A stretch of DNA of 64,000 nucleotides from Patescibacteria group bacterium (GCA_034520665.1 JAXHNJ010000002.1:544660-608659), one strand, 5' to 3'. Counted from the stretch's first letter, positions 38,469 to 49,636 are shown. Translations and numbers: made by a program. The notes: generated by a model not told the origin, from the sequence alone.

Positions 38469-39398
38469 TTATTTAATCTTTAACTTTTTTTTGCCGAGAA
38501 AAATATCATAAGCCTCTTTTACAGAATAATTATAGAGCGAAATAGAGGAAATAGCATTGGCCATCCTTATCGCTTGTTTAAGAGGTCTTTGGTAGATATT
38601 TCTGCCAATAGCGTTACCTTTTGTACCAGCGATATGAATTTGATTATATATATTTTGCAAAAATTGGCGGGGATTTTTCTTTGAACCACCGACACAAATA
38701 ACCTTGCTTCGGCCAGCGGCCGTTGTTACTTCTTTAAAAGCCCAAGCAATTTCTTTATTGTTCTTATTATAGGGATAGTTTATTTTTACAAAGTCAGTGC
38801 CTAAACATAAAGCAACACCAGCAGCGCCAGCCAGTAGATGAATATTTTCTTCATTTTTTACGGCCTTGCCTCGAGGATACATCCAAATAACTGTGATCAA
38901 ACCTTCTTGATGGGCTCTGTAAATAAGGTGAGCAGCTTGGTTTAACATATCTGATTCATACCAGCTACCAAGATAAATTGTATAACCTACACCAACAATA
39001 TTTAAACGAGACTGTTTTTTAAATTTTATAATTTCATTAAGATGTATCCATATGTTACTAAAAGGATCTTTGTATTCCTTTTTTTGTAAATTAGTTTTTG
39101 AATTGACTTTAACTAAATAGGGAACATTAGTGTAATCTCGCCCGTATTTTGCCATTAAACCTAATTGCGTAGCAAAAACACCAATATTTGCTTTACTGGC
39201 AATTTTGAAATAATGTTCTGGATCAGCGGTTTCTTTAGAAATATTTTTACCCACAAAATCGTCGTTTAGATGTTCCACTTTTTGATCGCCGGCAAACATC
39301 ATCATTCGACCAGTATTACGCGTGGCCGCTTTGTAATTTTTAATATATTCTTTTTCTTTACTTTTGGGAATGGTTAAAGGTATGTTTATTTTTTTCAT
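38469..39398 (-). CDS. Class I (DhnA-type) aldolase, probable fructose-bisphosphate aldolase
   Basis: AGDQKVEH, WMYPRG, LGTDFVKINYP, AIGRNI.Q. Confidence 0.88.
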   Translation of the reverse strand: MKKINIPLTIPKSKEKEYIKNYKAATRNTGRMMMFAGDQKVEHLNDDFVGKNISKETADPEHYFKIASKANIGVFATQLGLMAKYGRDYTNVPYLVKVNSKTNLQKKEYKDPFSNIWIHLNEIIKFKKQSRLNIVGVGYTIYLGSWYESDMLNQAAHLIYRAHQEGLITVIWMYPRGKAVKNEENIHLLAGAAGVALCLGTDFVKINYPYNKNNKEIAWAFKEVTTAAGRSKVICVGGSKKNPRQFLQNIYNQIHIAGTKGNAIGRNIYQRPLKQAIRMANAISSISLYNYSVKEAYDIFLGKKKLKIK

Positions 39399-39455
39399 AT
39401 TTTTTGTAAATTAATATATTTTTATTATAACAAATTTTTTTGAATAATAAAAAAC

Positions 39456-40199
39456 TTATTCAGGAAAAAACATAGTTAGTCCCAGATAGGTAAATATGCT
39501 TAAAATTATGCCAATAATAAAGAGATATATTTTTTTGTATTTTAAAGCCATAGGTAGTAATTCGTGGATAGAAATAAATATCATTGCTCCGGCAGCAAAA
39601 GCCATAAAAAGAGGATTTAGAGCTGGGGCTATTGAAACAGCCAAAAGTCCGAAAACAGCCCCGGCTGGTTCAGCTAAGGCAGAAAGAATAGCCAGATTAA
39701 TTAATGCTTTTCTTTTTTTGGCTATGACCAGTGGTACAGCCATAGCAAATTCTTCTGGTATATTATGAATAGCAATTGAGATGGCAATCAAAATTCCTAA
39801 ACGCGGAGCGTAAATATAAGAATTAGCCATAGCAAAGCCTTCAGGAAAATCGTGAAGAATTAGTCCTAGAGCTACTAAATAAGCAGTTTTAATCTGCCAG
39901 TGTAATTGTCCTTTTTCTTTGATATAATGAATGTGAGGAATAATGAAATTTAAAGAATAAACAAAAAGAATCCCTAATATTAAAGCTATTAGGGCAGAAA
40001 AAGTATTAGATGCTCCAATTGACTCTGGTATAAGCTCAAAAAAAGAAATAATCATCATTATACCTGCGGAAAAGCCAATACCTGTGGCGATCAAATTAGA
40101 TTTTTTTTTAAAATAAAAAGCAAGAAGCAAACCAATTGCGGTAGTTAAAGCCGAAAGAAGAGATAGTAAAATTACACTGATAATAACTAAAGTTGACAT
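39456..40199 (-). CDS. ZIP family divalent metal transporter
   Basis: HDFPEG, IHNIPEE, FISIHELLP. Confidence 0.92.
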   Translation of the reverse strand: MSTLVIISVILLSLLSALTTAIGLLLAFYFKKKSNLIATGIGFSAGIMMIISFFELIPESIGASNTFSALIALILGILFVYSLNFIIPHIHYIKEKGQLHWQIKTAYLVALGLILHDFPEGFAMANSYIYAPRLGILIAISIAIHNIPEEFAMAVPLVIAKKRKALINLAILSALAEPAGAVFGLLAVSIAPALNPLFMAFAAGAMIFISIHELLPMALKYKKIYLFIIGIILSIFTYLGLTMFFPE

Positions 40200-40397
40200 A
40201 TTAGAAATTTGGATACAAAGATTGATTTAATCTTAAATTTTTTTAAATTTTTCTTTTTCTCTTTCTTTATTTATTAAAAAAGAATAACTTTGTAGAAAAA
40301 TTTCGCCTTAATATATTTTTTTAATAATAAAAAAAACATAAAGTCAAATTCTAAATACAAGAAGTAATAAATTAATTTTTGATTTAAAACTTTTAGA

Positions 40398-42446
40398 TTA
40401 AGTAAATCCCAATAACTTTCCTCCCTGATAAATAAAAAATGATACTATCCAGGCTAAAGCCATACTGTAAGCGACCACAAAGAGAGCCCATTTGAAGGAA
40501 TGAGTTTCTTTTTTTATAACCGCGATAGTAGCTAGGCAGGGCGTATAAATGAGGGAAAAAACCATAAAAGACAAAGCGCTTAAAGCAGTAAAATTAGATT
40601 TTAAAACAACTGTCAGAGATTCTTCAGCTACTCCATAAAGAGTGCCTAAGGTACTAACCACTACTTCTTTAGCAGCTGTGCCGAAAAATAAAGCCACTGT
40701 TTCTTGCCATCCGCCAAAGCCAAGCGGTTTAAATAGAGGAGAAACAACCGACCCAATTTTTCCGATAATAGAATTCTGGGCCGCGTATTCAACGCCCCAG
40801 GGCATACTGGCCAAAAGCCAAATAACAACTGAGAAGATTAAGATAATACTACCGGCTCTTTTAATAAATTCCCAGCATTTTTCCCAGACATGAATCAAAA
40901 GACCTTTCAAAACCGGCCAGTGATATGAAGGCAGTTCAATCACAAAAGGTTCAGACAAACCGCCAAAAAATAATTTATTAAAAATTTTACCGATTACAAT
41001 AGCTAAAATTACTCCCAAAATATAAAGACCAAAAATAACCCATCCCTGATAAGCGGAAAAAAAAGCGGCTGTAAAAAGGATATAAATAGGCAGCCGGCCG
41101 CTGCAGGACATGAGCGGATTAATTAAAATAGTCAAAAGTCGGTCTTTTTTTGAACGCAAGGTCCGAGTAGCCATAATAGCCGGCACATTACAGCCAAAGC
41201 CTAAAATTAAAGGAATAAATGATTTGCCGTGTAAACCAATACGGTGCATAAAACGATCCATAACAAAGGCCACCCGGGCTAGATAACCGGTATCTTCCAT
41301 GAGGCCAATAAAAAGAAAGAGTATAAAAATATTGGGTAAAAAAGAAAGCACAGTGCCAGTGCCGCCGATAAGACCATTATTAATCAGCGAATTAATCCAA
41401 GTCGCCGCTTCAATTAAAGCCAATTTTTGACTGATAATCTCACCCAAATGGTCAAATAAGTTATTGATAATTTCTACCAAAGGAGCAGCCAGAGTAAAAG
41501 TGAGTTGAAACATCAAAAGCATAATTAAGAAAAATATGATAAGACCCCAGAATTTATCAGTCAAAACGCGGTCAATTTTATCAGAAGATGATTTGGCCTC
41601 TTTGTTTTTTTGATCAATTACTTCTTGGCCAACTCCGCGGATAAAACTATAACGTACTTCTGACAAAAGCGAACTGATGGATTGGTCAAATATTTTTTTT
41701 AGACGCCGGCGACTCTTTTTAATTACTAGTGATAATTTACTAAAGTATTTTTTGTTTTTTAGCTTTTTTATAAAATGTTCATCTTTTTCCAAAAGCCTTA
41801 AAGCCACCCAGTTAATATTGCAAGCTGGGAAGGAAATCTCATTATTGATTAAAATATTTTTTATTTTATTTGTTTCTTGGTTAACTTCATCTCCATAGGT
41901 TAACTTAATCTTACATTCTTTTTTAATTTTATGGGCTTGACTAAAAATTAAATCAAGAAGATTACCCACCTTTTCTTTTTTAGGGGCTTCAATTTTAACT
42001 ATTGATACTCCTAATAATTCGGCCAGTTTTTTTTCATTTACAAAAAAATCGTGCTTTTCCGCCAAGGTAGACCTATTTAAAGCAATAATCAGAGGAGCTC
42101 CTAATTCGATTAATTGGACTGATAAATACAGATTTCTTTCTAAATTTTCGGTGTCAATTATTTGAACAATAATATCAGGCTGATCATGCATTATAAAATC
42201 CCGGCTGACTATTTCTTCTTCAGTATAGGCTGATAAACCATAAACTCCTGGTAAATCGACTACTTTGATTTTATGGTTTTTATAAATAAAAAAACCTTCT
42301 TTTTTTTCGACGGTTTTGCCGGGCCAGTTACCGACGTGCTGATGGGAACCGGTTAAGGTATTAAAAAGAGTGGATTTACCGACATTGGGATTGCCGATTA
42401 GGCCAATAGTAATATGTTCTTCAATTTTTTTAAACTTTTTTAACAT
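40398..42446 (-). CDS. feoB: Ferrous iron transporter B
   Basis: [34 protein letters not shown]. Confidence 0.97.
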   Translation of the reverse strand: MLKKFKKIEEHITIGLIGNPNVGKSTLFNTLTGSHQHVGNWPGKTVEKKEGFFIYKNHKIKVVDLPGVYGLSAYTEEEIVSRDFIMHDQPDIIVQIIDTENLERNLYLSVQLIELGAPLIIALNRSTLAEKHDFFVNEKKLAELLGVSIVKIEAPKKEKVGNLLDLIFSQAHKIKKECKIKLTYGDEVNQETNKIKNILINNEISFPACNINWVALRLLEKDEHFIKKLKNKKYFSKLSLVIKKSRRRLKKIFDQSISSLLSEVRYSFIRGVGQEVIDQKNKEAKSSSDKIDRVLTDKFWGLIIFFLIMLLMFQLTFTLAAPLVEIINNLFDHLGEIISQKLALIEAATWINSLINNGLIGGTGTVLSFLPNIFILFLFIGLMEDTGYLARVAFVMDRFMHRIGLHGKSFIPLILGFGCNVPAIMATRTLRSKKDRLLTILINPLMSCSGRLPIYILFTAAFFSAYQGWVIFGLYILGVILAIVIGKIFNKLFFGGLSEPFVIELPSYHWPVLKGLLIHVWEKCWEFIKRAGSIILIFSVVIWLLASMPWGVEYAAQNSIIGKIGSVVSPLFKPLGFGGWQETVALFFGTAAKEVVVSTLGTLYGVAEESLTVVLKSNFTALSALSFMVFSLIYTPCLATIAVIKKETHSFKWALFVVAYSMALAWIVSFFIYQGGKLLGFT

Positions 42447-42702
42447 AGGTTCTTTTGGCTTGATGCTGGCCAAGGGCAATTTTTGAATTAAACACTTTTA
42501 AAATTACCGGACCAAAACGGTCATTTTTTATAATTTTGGCTTTAGCTCCTTCATAAAGACCAAGTTCGCCCAGCCTTTGTCTAAACCCGGGGCCGCCAGG
42601 CATGCCGGTTATTTCTATATCAGTGCCAGCCGGATAATCAGCCAGTGATTTTCCTTGGAGGGGTATATTTTTTCTTTTTCTAAATCTTTTTCGTCTAAAC
42701 AT
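42430..42702 (-). CDS. feoA: Ferrous iron transport protein A
   Basis: RLGELGL..GA, GPVILKV..SKIALG. Confidence 0.9.
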   Translation of the reverse strand: MFRRKRFRKRKNIPLQGKSLADYPAGTDIEITGMPGGPGFRQRLGELGLYEGAKAKIIKNDRFGPVILKVFNSKIALGQHQAKRTYVKKV

Positions 42703-42709
42703 TTTTTAT

Positions 42710-43114
42710 TTATTTTGGTATTTTTTTGCCGTGCGGGCATTTTTTTGGATTTTTTAAAATTTTTTCTAATTTTTTAATCGATAAATCAGAAAAAGCATGC
42801 TCCAAATGATGTGCTTCTTGGTGAATATTTTCATTTTTCAGACCCAAAGATTTTTTTAAGAAAACTTCGATTAAACGATGACGACGAGTGATTTCTTTAG
42901 CTTTGACTAAACCTTTTTTAGTTAAATTTACGGTGCCGTAAGGCTTTTTATTAATATATTTTTTTTGCTGTAGCTTATTTAACATAGCTGAAACTGAAGG
43001 CTTGGATATATTTAAATAATCAGCTATTTTTTTAGAATGAATATTTTTATCTTTTTCCCAGAGAATATAAAGGGTGCGTAAATAATCTTCCTGGCTTTGT
43101 TTTTGTCTTTTCAT
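42710..43114 (-). CDS. DtxR/MntR family metal-dependent repressor
   Basis: EDYL, SKPSVSAML, RRHRLIE.FL, EAHHLEH, CPHG. Confidence 0.95.
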   Translation of the reverse strand: MKRQKQSQEDYLRTLYILWEKDKNIHSKKIADYLNISKPSVSAMLNKLQQKKYINKKPYGTVNLTKKGLVKAKEITRRHRLIEVFLKKSLGLKNENIHQEAHHLEHAFSDLSIKKLEKILKNPKKCPHGKKIPK

Positions 43115-43121
43115 AAAAAAT

Positions 43122-43137
43122 GTTAGTTATAACTAAC
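43122..43137. promoter_or_regulatory. Putative DtxR-family operator
   Basis: Perfect palindrome GTTAGTTATAACTAAC between the promoter (TTTACA-17-TATTAT, minus strand) and the repressor start codon. Confidence 0.75.
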
Positions 43138-43258
43138 TTTAATAATAGACTATTAAATTAATTATGTAAATTACTTTTTTGGGGATAAATAACCTCTTTA
43201 TTATAATATTAATAAATGTTATTATATTTATTGGCTAATAATTAATTTTTAAAAAAAT

Positions 43259-43576
43259 ATGGCTCAAAGAAAAAAAGCATCAAAAAAAACTCATCACTCT
43301 AATTTATCTTCAGAATTTAAAAAATTGGGGCAGAACCTGGAAATAAACATTAAATCGGCCTGGCATTCGCAGCAGAGAAAAAAACTGGAGGCACAAGTCG
43401 GAGAGGGTTTGAATAAATTAGTTCAAGGTATTGACCGGATTTATAAAAAATCCCAGGAAAAAGACTTTGATAAAAAAGTAAAACAAGGCCTTTTCCAAGC
43501 CGTCCAAAAAGCCAATAAAAAGCTAGATCAAGTACATAAGAAATGGGAAAAAGACGAAAAAAATAAAAATAATTAA
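43259..43576 (+). CDS. Basic helical hypothetical protein
   Basis: 105-aa ORF followed by a terminator. Confidence 0.7.
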   Translation: MAQRKKASKKTHHSNLSSEFKKLGQNLEINIKSAWHSQQRKKLEAQVGEGLNKLVQGIDRIYKKSQEKDFDKKVKQGLFQAVQKANKKLDQVHKKWEKDEKNKNN

Positions 43577-44113
43577 TTAAAGCGTATAAATATAATTGAT
43601 TAATCCCGGCTCAACGGCTGGGATTTTTGTTAATCAAAAAAGAGGGCACTCAAATTTGAGTGGCCAGAGGTATATAGCCTTCTATTTTCCAGCTTTAATG
43701 ATATTGCTGGATTAAAACTAGCCGTACGTTAGTCTAATAGAAACTTACCTCATTCCAAAATACCCTCATAATATCAACACTCCTTAAACCGTGTTTGACA
43801 TTATCTTAGTGACAATCCGGACAAGGCCGGGTACGAATTTAGCGGCCTTAGAGGCTTTTCCAACGGTGAAGTAGGAAGGAATCCAAGGCACCGGATTTAT
43901 TCTAATATAAATTTATTATTTTTGCAATGTTTGATTAATTAATAAAATATAGTTATAATATTGGTATCATAAATTTTGTTCTTTTTTCACCTTCTGGAAT
44001 AGCCTGAAAGGAGTTTATTAAAGGCTTTTAATTATTCCAGATTAGGGAATTAGATTTGACAACGAAGCGTCAAGCAGCTTTAACCCCCTGTTTATTAAAA
44101 AAGGAGGTAAGGA

Positions 44114-44545
44114 ATGAAAAAATTCCTTGTCATGATTTTTGCCATCGTAATGGCTTTCCCGCTAGTCGTAATGGCCAGCGTCGGAGAAGCAGAGAGGCTC
44201 GGTACTTATTCCGACTCCGAGATGGAAAAGGTTGAGTACAGGATAACCGAGACTGCGGTAAAATGGTCTGAAGTTATCAAGAGTACGATTATTGAGGAAG
44301 TAGCGAACACGGCATATAAGAAGACATGGCCGGCAGTAGCTGAAAAATGTATGATTAATGTGAAAATGAATACTAGAGTAACCCGGGAGACCAGAAAAGA
44401 GACTAGTGCCAAGATTTTCGTCAACGTCTCGAATATAATGGTTGAAGATGTTTCTTCTGTGATTAAAAAGCCGAACTTTCAGCTCGACACCATTTCTATT
44501 CACACGATTGCAAACGATTTCGGCGAGGCCATGCATTTCGCCTGA
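44114..44545 (+). CDS. Secreted hypothetical protein
   Basis: Signal peptide, SD AAGGAGGT, terminator after the stop. Confidence 0.7.
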   Translation: MKKFLVMIFAIVMAFPLVVMASVGEAERLGTYSDSEMEKVEYRITETAVKWSEVIKSTIIEEVANTAYKKTWPAVAEKCMINVKMNTRVTRETRKETSAKIFVNVSNIMVEDVSSVIKKPNFQLDTISIHTIANDFGEAMHFA

Positions 44546-44708
44546 CTCCCCTTTTCAGGCAGATGTAATGCTAAGACATCTTAGTTTTTAACACTTACCC
44601 TCGAGCCATGCACTCGGGGGATTTTTTTTGGTTTTGTCATTGATTTATTCAGATAATAAAATACCCTGACTTTGAAATCAGGGTATTTTACTTAATGCTT
44701 AGATATTT

Positions 44709-45167
44709 TTAAGAGTCTGTATTAACCTGGTCATGACATTCCTGTTTCATCATACCACGGCCTCTTTTCATACCTTGACCAAAACCACCATTTTCTATTC
44801 TATTCTGATGTCTTTCTTTCATGTTTTGCTTTATCTCCTGAGCATATTCTTCTGATATTTTACCTTCGGTTACTAAGTTATCAATTTCTGCGTTTTTATG
44901 CGCTTCCATTTTTTCGTGCATTTCTTCCGAAGAAAGGCCGCTTTCCTCTACTATTTCATGGAAATTTAAACCTTGATCAAATTTAGCTTGAAGTTCTTCA
45001 GATGATAAACCCATCACTTCGGCTTTATTCTCAATCATTTTATCCCGGTCACCCCCAAATAATCCCATAAATCCATTACTCTCTTCAGCGGCAGCATTCA
45101 TGATAAAACCGCTGATTAAAACCGTGCTAATAACGGCCAGAATACTAATAAATAATGTTTTTTTCAT
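44709..45167 (-). CDS. Secreted helical protein, likely ECF sigma target
   Basis: Signal peptide; AEVMGLSSEEL, LVTEGKISEE; Gly-rich tail. Confidence 0.7.
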   Translation of the reverse strand: MKKTLFISILAVISTVLISGFIMNAAAEESNGFMGLFGGDRDKMIENKAEVMGLSSEELQAKFDQGLNFHEIVEESGLSSEEMHEKMEAHKNAEIDNLVTEGKISEEYAQEIKQNMKERHQNRIENGGFGQGMKRGRGMMKQECHDQVNTDS

Positions 45168-45243
45168 ATATCTTTTATTATAGTTTAATTATTAATGTTC
45201 TTATTTTTCGACCTTGTACTATTAATACAAAGTTAAAAGAATT

Positions 45244-46008
45244 TTATTTCATTAGCCGAAAAGGTCCTTGACGGCGGGGTCGAAGCCTATTTTCATTAGA
45301 GTGGTGCCAGTACTGGCCGGAAAATATTTTAATACCCTGAGCTTTAAGTAATCCGTTTTCAAGTTGACCGAGCACGGCAATTTTTTGGCCAATTTCTAAT
45401 TCTATATCCTGAGGCATGAGGGTTTCTTGGTCATAAATCACTTCAATTTCTTCTTCTAGAGGAGTGGTTATAGTTATTAAATTATTTTCTAAGTTAATAA
45501 TTTCACCGATTTGAGCCGGACCCTTTTTTAGGTTATAGCCTATTTTCTGTTTAAAGAAAGAAGAAGCAAAAGGAATATTTTTTTCCTGAGCCAGGTTATG
45601 AATTTTTCTCGGAATATTAAAAGCAGCCGTAGTTAAACCAAAAAGAATAACTCCGAAAACAATCAAAACAATAATTAAAGAAAAATTATTTTTGTAGGAA
45701 AAATCAAAACTTTTAAGAATATAACCGGTAATAATAATCAAAACGATAGCTATAATTAAAAGTTCATAGGGAAATTTTAAAAATACTATACCGAAACCAG
45801 ACCAGCCAAAATCAGTAAATTCTAAAGCCCCAGACTCAATTAAAACATAACCGATCAGGCCAATAATCAAAATACTAATTAAAATGAGTAAAACAGCGGC
45901 GCTTTCCAGGCCCAGTTTTTCGGCCATGACTGAAAATCGAGAGCGCATTTTTATCTTCTTCTCTTTAATAGTTTTATTTATTTTTTGGGCTAAATTAGAG
46001 TTTTTCAT
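45244..46008 (-). CDS. Membrane protein, putative anti-sigma factor
   Basis: 3 TMs plus a C-terminal OB-like domain; overlaps the sigma gene stop. Confidence 0.65.
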   Translation of the reverse strand: MKNSNLAQKINKTIKEKKIKMRSRFSVMAEKLGLESAAVLLILISILIIGLIGYVLIESGALEFTDFGWSGFGIVFLKFPYELLIIAIVLIIITGYILKSFDFSYKNNFSLIIVLIVFGVILFGLTTAAFNIPRKIHNLAQEKNIPFASSFFKQKIGYNLKKGPAQIGEIINLENNLITITTPLEEEIEVIYDQETLMPQDIELEIGQKIAVLGQLENGLLKAQGIKIFSGQYWHHSNENRLRPRRQGPFRLMK

Positions 46009-46549
46009 ATTTTGATAAATTTTCCTTAAGATTATTTTTGGCCCGGGAAATCAAAGTGCCGACAGTATTTATTGGTTTCCGCAAGATGTCGGAAATTTCT
46101 TCATAGCTTTTCTGCTGAAAATAGCGCAAAATCAAAACTTCCCGGTATTTTACGTCCAGATTATATATTTCTTTTTTTACTTTTTCAAATTGCTGCTTTA
46201 TATTTAATTCTTGGAAAAGATCAGTATTATCCGGCAAAACTTCATCAAAATTATTTTTTTCCAAAGAAACTTCTTTTTTTCTTTTTTTAATATAATTTAT
46301 AACTTCGTTATGAGTAATACGGTAAATCCAGGAGGAAAACTTTTTTTCTAAATCAAAGGCACGCAGGTTTTTATAAACCTTAATAAAAGTTTCCTGAAGA
46401 ATATCCTCACATTCATCTTTGGAAAAATGTCCCAGACGATAAATATATCTAAAAAGAGGTTTTTGATATCTTTCTACTATCTCGGCAAAAAGATCCTTAT
46501 TTTCTTCAGTGATTTGCCGGATTATTTCTTGGTCGGACTTTTTATCCAT
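45995..46549 (-). CDS. ECF RNA polymerase sigma factor
   Basis: EDILQETFIKVY, FSSWIYRI, YREVLILRY...SYEEIS.IL..PINTV.T.ISRA. Confidence 0.93.
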   Translation of the reverse strand: MDKKSDQEIIRQITEENKDLFAEIVERYQKPLFRYIYRLGHFSKDECEDILQETFIKVYKNLRAFDLEKKFSSWIYRITHNEVINYIKKRKKEVSLEKNNFDEVLPDNTDLFQELNIKQQFEKVKKEIYNLDVKYREVLILRYFQQKSYEEISDILRKPINTVGTLISRAKNNLKENLSKYEKL

Positions 46550-46628
46550 AATTGAAGGGGTGTCTATATTAATACAAATATAACCTTGGAAATATTTCAA
46601 ATTTATACTATAATAATAAAACAAACCC

Positions 46629-46790
46629 ATGAATATTGAAACCGCTAAGACTATAATTATCTGGACTTTGACCGTATTCCTAGCCGGGTTAATCGGTTAC
46701 TTTGGCCGTTATCTGGCTATGATGGTTATTGATCGGACTCGCCAAAATAAAAATTTAACTGTTGATAAAAAGAAAAAAGAGAAAATATAG
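46629..46790 (+). CDS. Small single-TM protein (53 aa)
   Basis: Hand-translated MNIETAKTIIIWTLTVFLAGLIGYFGRYLAMM... Confidence 0.55.
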   Translation: MNIETAKTIIIWTLTVFLAGLIGYFGRYLAMMVIDRTRQNKNLTVDKKKKEKI

Positions 46791-46889
46791 ACCCAAAAAA
46801 TAGCCATAGCCAAAAAAAAGCTAAACTAGCCCAGAAAAAAGCTAAAAATGAATATAAATTAAATAAGAAATTAAACAAGGATAAATAAC

Positions 46890-47066
46890 ATGTCTAAAGA
46901 AGAAGAAAAAAAGCCAAAAAATAAAAAAGGCAAAGCCAAGAAGTTTTTTCTCTTTGCTTTAATCACGGCTATTGGCACAACCGTAGCCGCTCTTTTTGTC
47001 AAAAAGAAAAATAAGGATTTATTATCCGATAAAAAATTGGAAAAGAAAAGCAAAAAGAAAAAGTAA
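46890..47066 (+). CDS. Small Lys-rich single-TM protein (58 aa)
   Basis: MSKEEEKKPK...FFLFALITAIGTTVAALFVKKK; SD AAGGA; terminator at 47095-47120. Confidence 0.6.
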   Translation: MSKEEEKKPKNKKGKAKKFFLFALITAIGTTVAALFVKKKNKDLLSDKKLEKKSKKKK

Positions 47067-47124
47067 ATCTAGTTAGATTTTGATGAAAAAAAATAAACCC
47101 CTGAAAATTTCAGGGGTTTTATGA

Positions 47125-47760
47125 TTAGGGCCGCCAGGGATAGTTTGTCGGCACTATGACCCGACCGCCTTCTAAACGGATGGAGCCGTGAACTACTAAA
47201 TTAGTAATATATGATTGCCAGCCATGCTCGATCTTATTGACTCTTTCACCGAGTGAGTCAGCGGTGTCATCTTGGCGGATGAGAACCGGATAGTGGAAAA
47301 AAATCGGTCCGTGGTCATATTGATTATCGACAAAATGCATGGTCACAGCAGTTTCATTGATTTCACCTTTCTTAAAAGCTTTAATAACCGCTTCGTGAAC
47401 ATGATGTCCATACATTCCCCGGCCACCAAATAGGGGCAATAATCCAGGGTGAATGTTGATAGTTTTAGCTGGATTAAGACCACGGATAAATTTTAACCAG
47501 CCAGAAAGGCAAATCCATTCCGCACCAAGATTTTGGGCGGCTAAGCGGTAATTTTGTTCGCCAAATTCAGTCATATGATGAAAAGAAATGCCGAGCCTTA
47601 TAGCTCTTTTCTTAACACCACCATCTTTGTGGTTGGAAATTACGCCGATTATTTCCGCATCCAAAACGCCGGTGCGGGAGTTTTCCACCAGTTCTTGGAA
47701 ACCAGAACCGCCGCCTACTTTATCACCCGAGGCAAATACAAGAATTTTGGGTTTTGACAT
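47125..47760 (-). CDS. purN: Phosphoribosylglycinamide formyltransferase family protein
   Basis: VFASG...GGSGFQ, INIHPGLLP.FGG.GMYG, HFVD..YDHGPI. Confidence 0.8.
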   Translation of the reverse strand: MSKPKILVFASGDKVGGGSGFQELVENSRTGVLDAEIIGVISNHKDGGVKKRAIRLGISFHHMTEFGEQNYRLAAQNLGAEWICLSGWLKFIRGLNPAKTINIHPGLLPLFGGRGMYGHHVHEAVIKAFKKGEINETAVTMHFVDNQYDHGPIFFHYPVLIRQDDTADSLGERVNKIEHGWQSYITNLVVHGSIRLEGGRVIVPTNYPWRP

Positions 47761-47794
47761 TTTTAACCCTCCTTTTTTAAAGAACTTTTTTATT

Positions 47795-48748
47795 TTATTT
47801 TCTATTCCTGGTAATAGCAATAATAGCTGTTAAAATAACACCGGCTCCCAGCCATTGGCCGGGTTTAAGTAGATTATCATGAAAAAAGTATTCTAATAAG
47901 ATGGAAGATAAAGGATAAAATAATTCATAAATAGTGGCCCGCGAGGCCATCACTTTTTTCAGGCCCCAGTAATAAATAAAAATAGCCCCGGCCCCGACAG
48001 TGACAGCAATTAGAAAGAAAACTCCGATCATTGACCAGGTGATGACATTAAAGCCAGCAAAACCAGCGTAGCCAGTATTAACCCCGCCTGAATTTAACAA
48101 AGAGATAATAATTATTATTAAAAACATGATGCCGGTAGTGATAAAAAAGCGTAAAGCCGTGCCCAAGCCGTGCGAGATTTTTTTTATGGCTCTTTTGGAA
48201 AAAACTGTGGACGAGCCAAAAGAAAAAGCGGCTAAAGCCGCCAGTAAAGCCGGAATAAGCATACCCGTGGCTGAAAAATTAGCTTTAGTAAAGCCAAAAG
48301 TAAGCAGGTAGCTGCCAACCAAAGCCACTAAGGCCCAGGCGTAAAATGATTTCCGGGGACGTTCACGCAGCCAAGCATAAGCTAAAAGTATGGCAAAGAT
48401 TGGCTGAAGTTTTTGCAAAATTAATACCACTGATATATTCAAATGATTAGCATGAACTTGGGAAATAGCTCCGATAATAGCCATAGTACCCAAAGCGCCG
48501 CCAAAAATTCCCACTAGTATAAAAGAGAGCCAATCTTTTTTATTTAAATTTTTTAATTCCTTTTTTCTAGTAATTAAAAAATAGGATAAAATAATGGCAC
48601 CAGTTAAGTGCAGCATAAAAACAAAAATTGGCACATCGTATAATCCTAAATTCAAAATCCAGGGAGTAAAGTAAACCCCATCTAAAGCCCATAAAAAAGC
48701 GGCCGAGATAATGGCCAAAGCAGCTAATATTTTAATTGATTTTTTCAT
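47795..48748 (-). CDS. DMT/EamA family transporter
   Basis: 10 TMs; LQKLQPIFAILLA..WLRE. Confidence 0.9.
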   Translation of the reverse strand: MKKSIKILAALAIISAAFLWALDGVYFTPWILNLGLYDVPIFVFMLHLTGAIILSYFLITRKKELKNLNKKDWLSFILVGIFGGALGTMAIIGAISQVHANHLNISVVLILQKLQPIFAILLAYAWLRERPRKSFYAWALVALVGSYLLTFGFTKANFSATGMLIPALLAALAAFSFGSSTVFSKRAIKKISHGLGTALRFFITTGIMFLIIIIISLLNSGGVNTGYAGFAGFNVITWSMIGVFFLIAVTVGAGAIFIYYWGLKKVMASRATIYELFYPLSSILLEYFFHDNLLKPGQWLGAGVILTAIIAITRNRK

Positions 48749-48814
48749 ATTTTTTTATTATAGCAATATATTCAAAAAATAAAAAACCCTCTACCAAATG
48801 GCAGAGGGTAAGGT

Positions 48815-49453
48815 TTAAAGAATAACTAATGCTCTTTTTAAATTACTTCTGGCCCGGTTTTTGTATCTTTTCCGAAAAAAATCAGTCAGATAAATATCTT
48901 GGCGCCGAAGCATCAAGCGGAAAAATTTTTTCCGCCCTTCCCTTAACTCTTTGTCAGAAACTTTTTTAGCCAATTCATTCCAAACATTCTGACTGTATTT
49001 TTGGAAATCTTCCCAGCTGCTGCCTAAACAGAGTAGATCAATATCCATGATGGTTCGAGCGTCGATGTCACTTTCTTCCGGAATTTGGTTATGCTTGGTA
49101 AAGCGGATGAGGCGCATAACTTCGCGAACAAATGTCATATCCACATCGCCGCCTTCTAAAAAACGCCAAGCATAAATGATACTCTGGTCTTCGTTTTCAG
49201 GATTTAGCGGCTGCCAAATAACATCATGGAACCAGATGGCCGCCATTACTGCCAAAGGATTTTTCAAGTCACGCCAAACTGGATGTAAAGCCAAAAGACT
49301 GTAATAGAGATGTTCAACTCCGTGATGCCGGCGGTGCGGCTCAGAGTAACGGGTGATAATATCTTCAAAAGCGCTTTTGACAGGACAAGCACACCTAGTT
49401 TCTTGGCATAAAAAAAGAAAGTTTTTCCATAAGTATTCTTTCATTTCATTCAT
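48815..49453 (-). CDS. HD-superfamily metal-dependent phosphohydrolase
   Basis: YSEPHRRHH..EH, WFHD, NEDQS, TKH, DIDL. Confidence 0.85.
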   Translation of the reverse strand: MNEMKEYLWKNFLFLCQETRCACPVKSAFEDIITRYSEPHRRHHGVEHLYYSLLALHPVWRDLKNPLAVMAAIWFHDVIWQPLNPENEDQSIIYAWRFLEGGDVDMTFVREVMRLIRFTKHNQIPEESDIDARTIMDIDLLCLGSSWEDFQKYSQNVWNELAKKVSDKELREGRKKFFRLMLRRQDIYLTDFFRKRYKNRARSNLKRALVIL

Positions 49454-49636
49454 TTATTAACCTCACTTTTTTAAAGTACGATTTTTTATGATAAGCATTA
49501 GATAGTAACATGGGTCGGAAAAATAATCAAGTTGGCTTGACACAGATTTTTTTAATTAATAATTTATAAAAAAGCACATTAATATAAATAGAGACAAAGA
49601 GTTAATTATTTTAGTTGGTAAAATAAGGAGGTTAAA

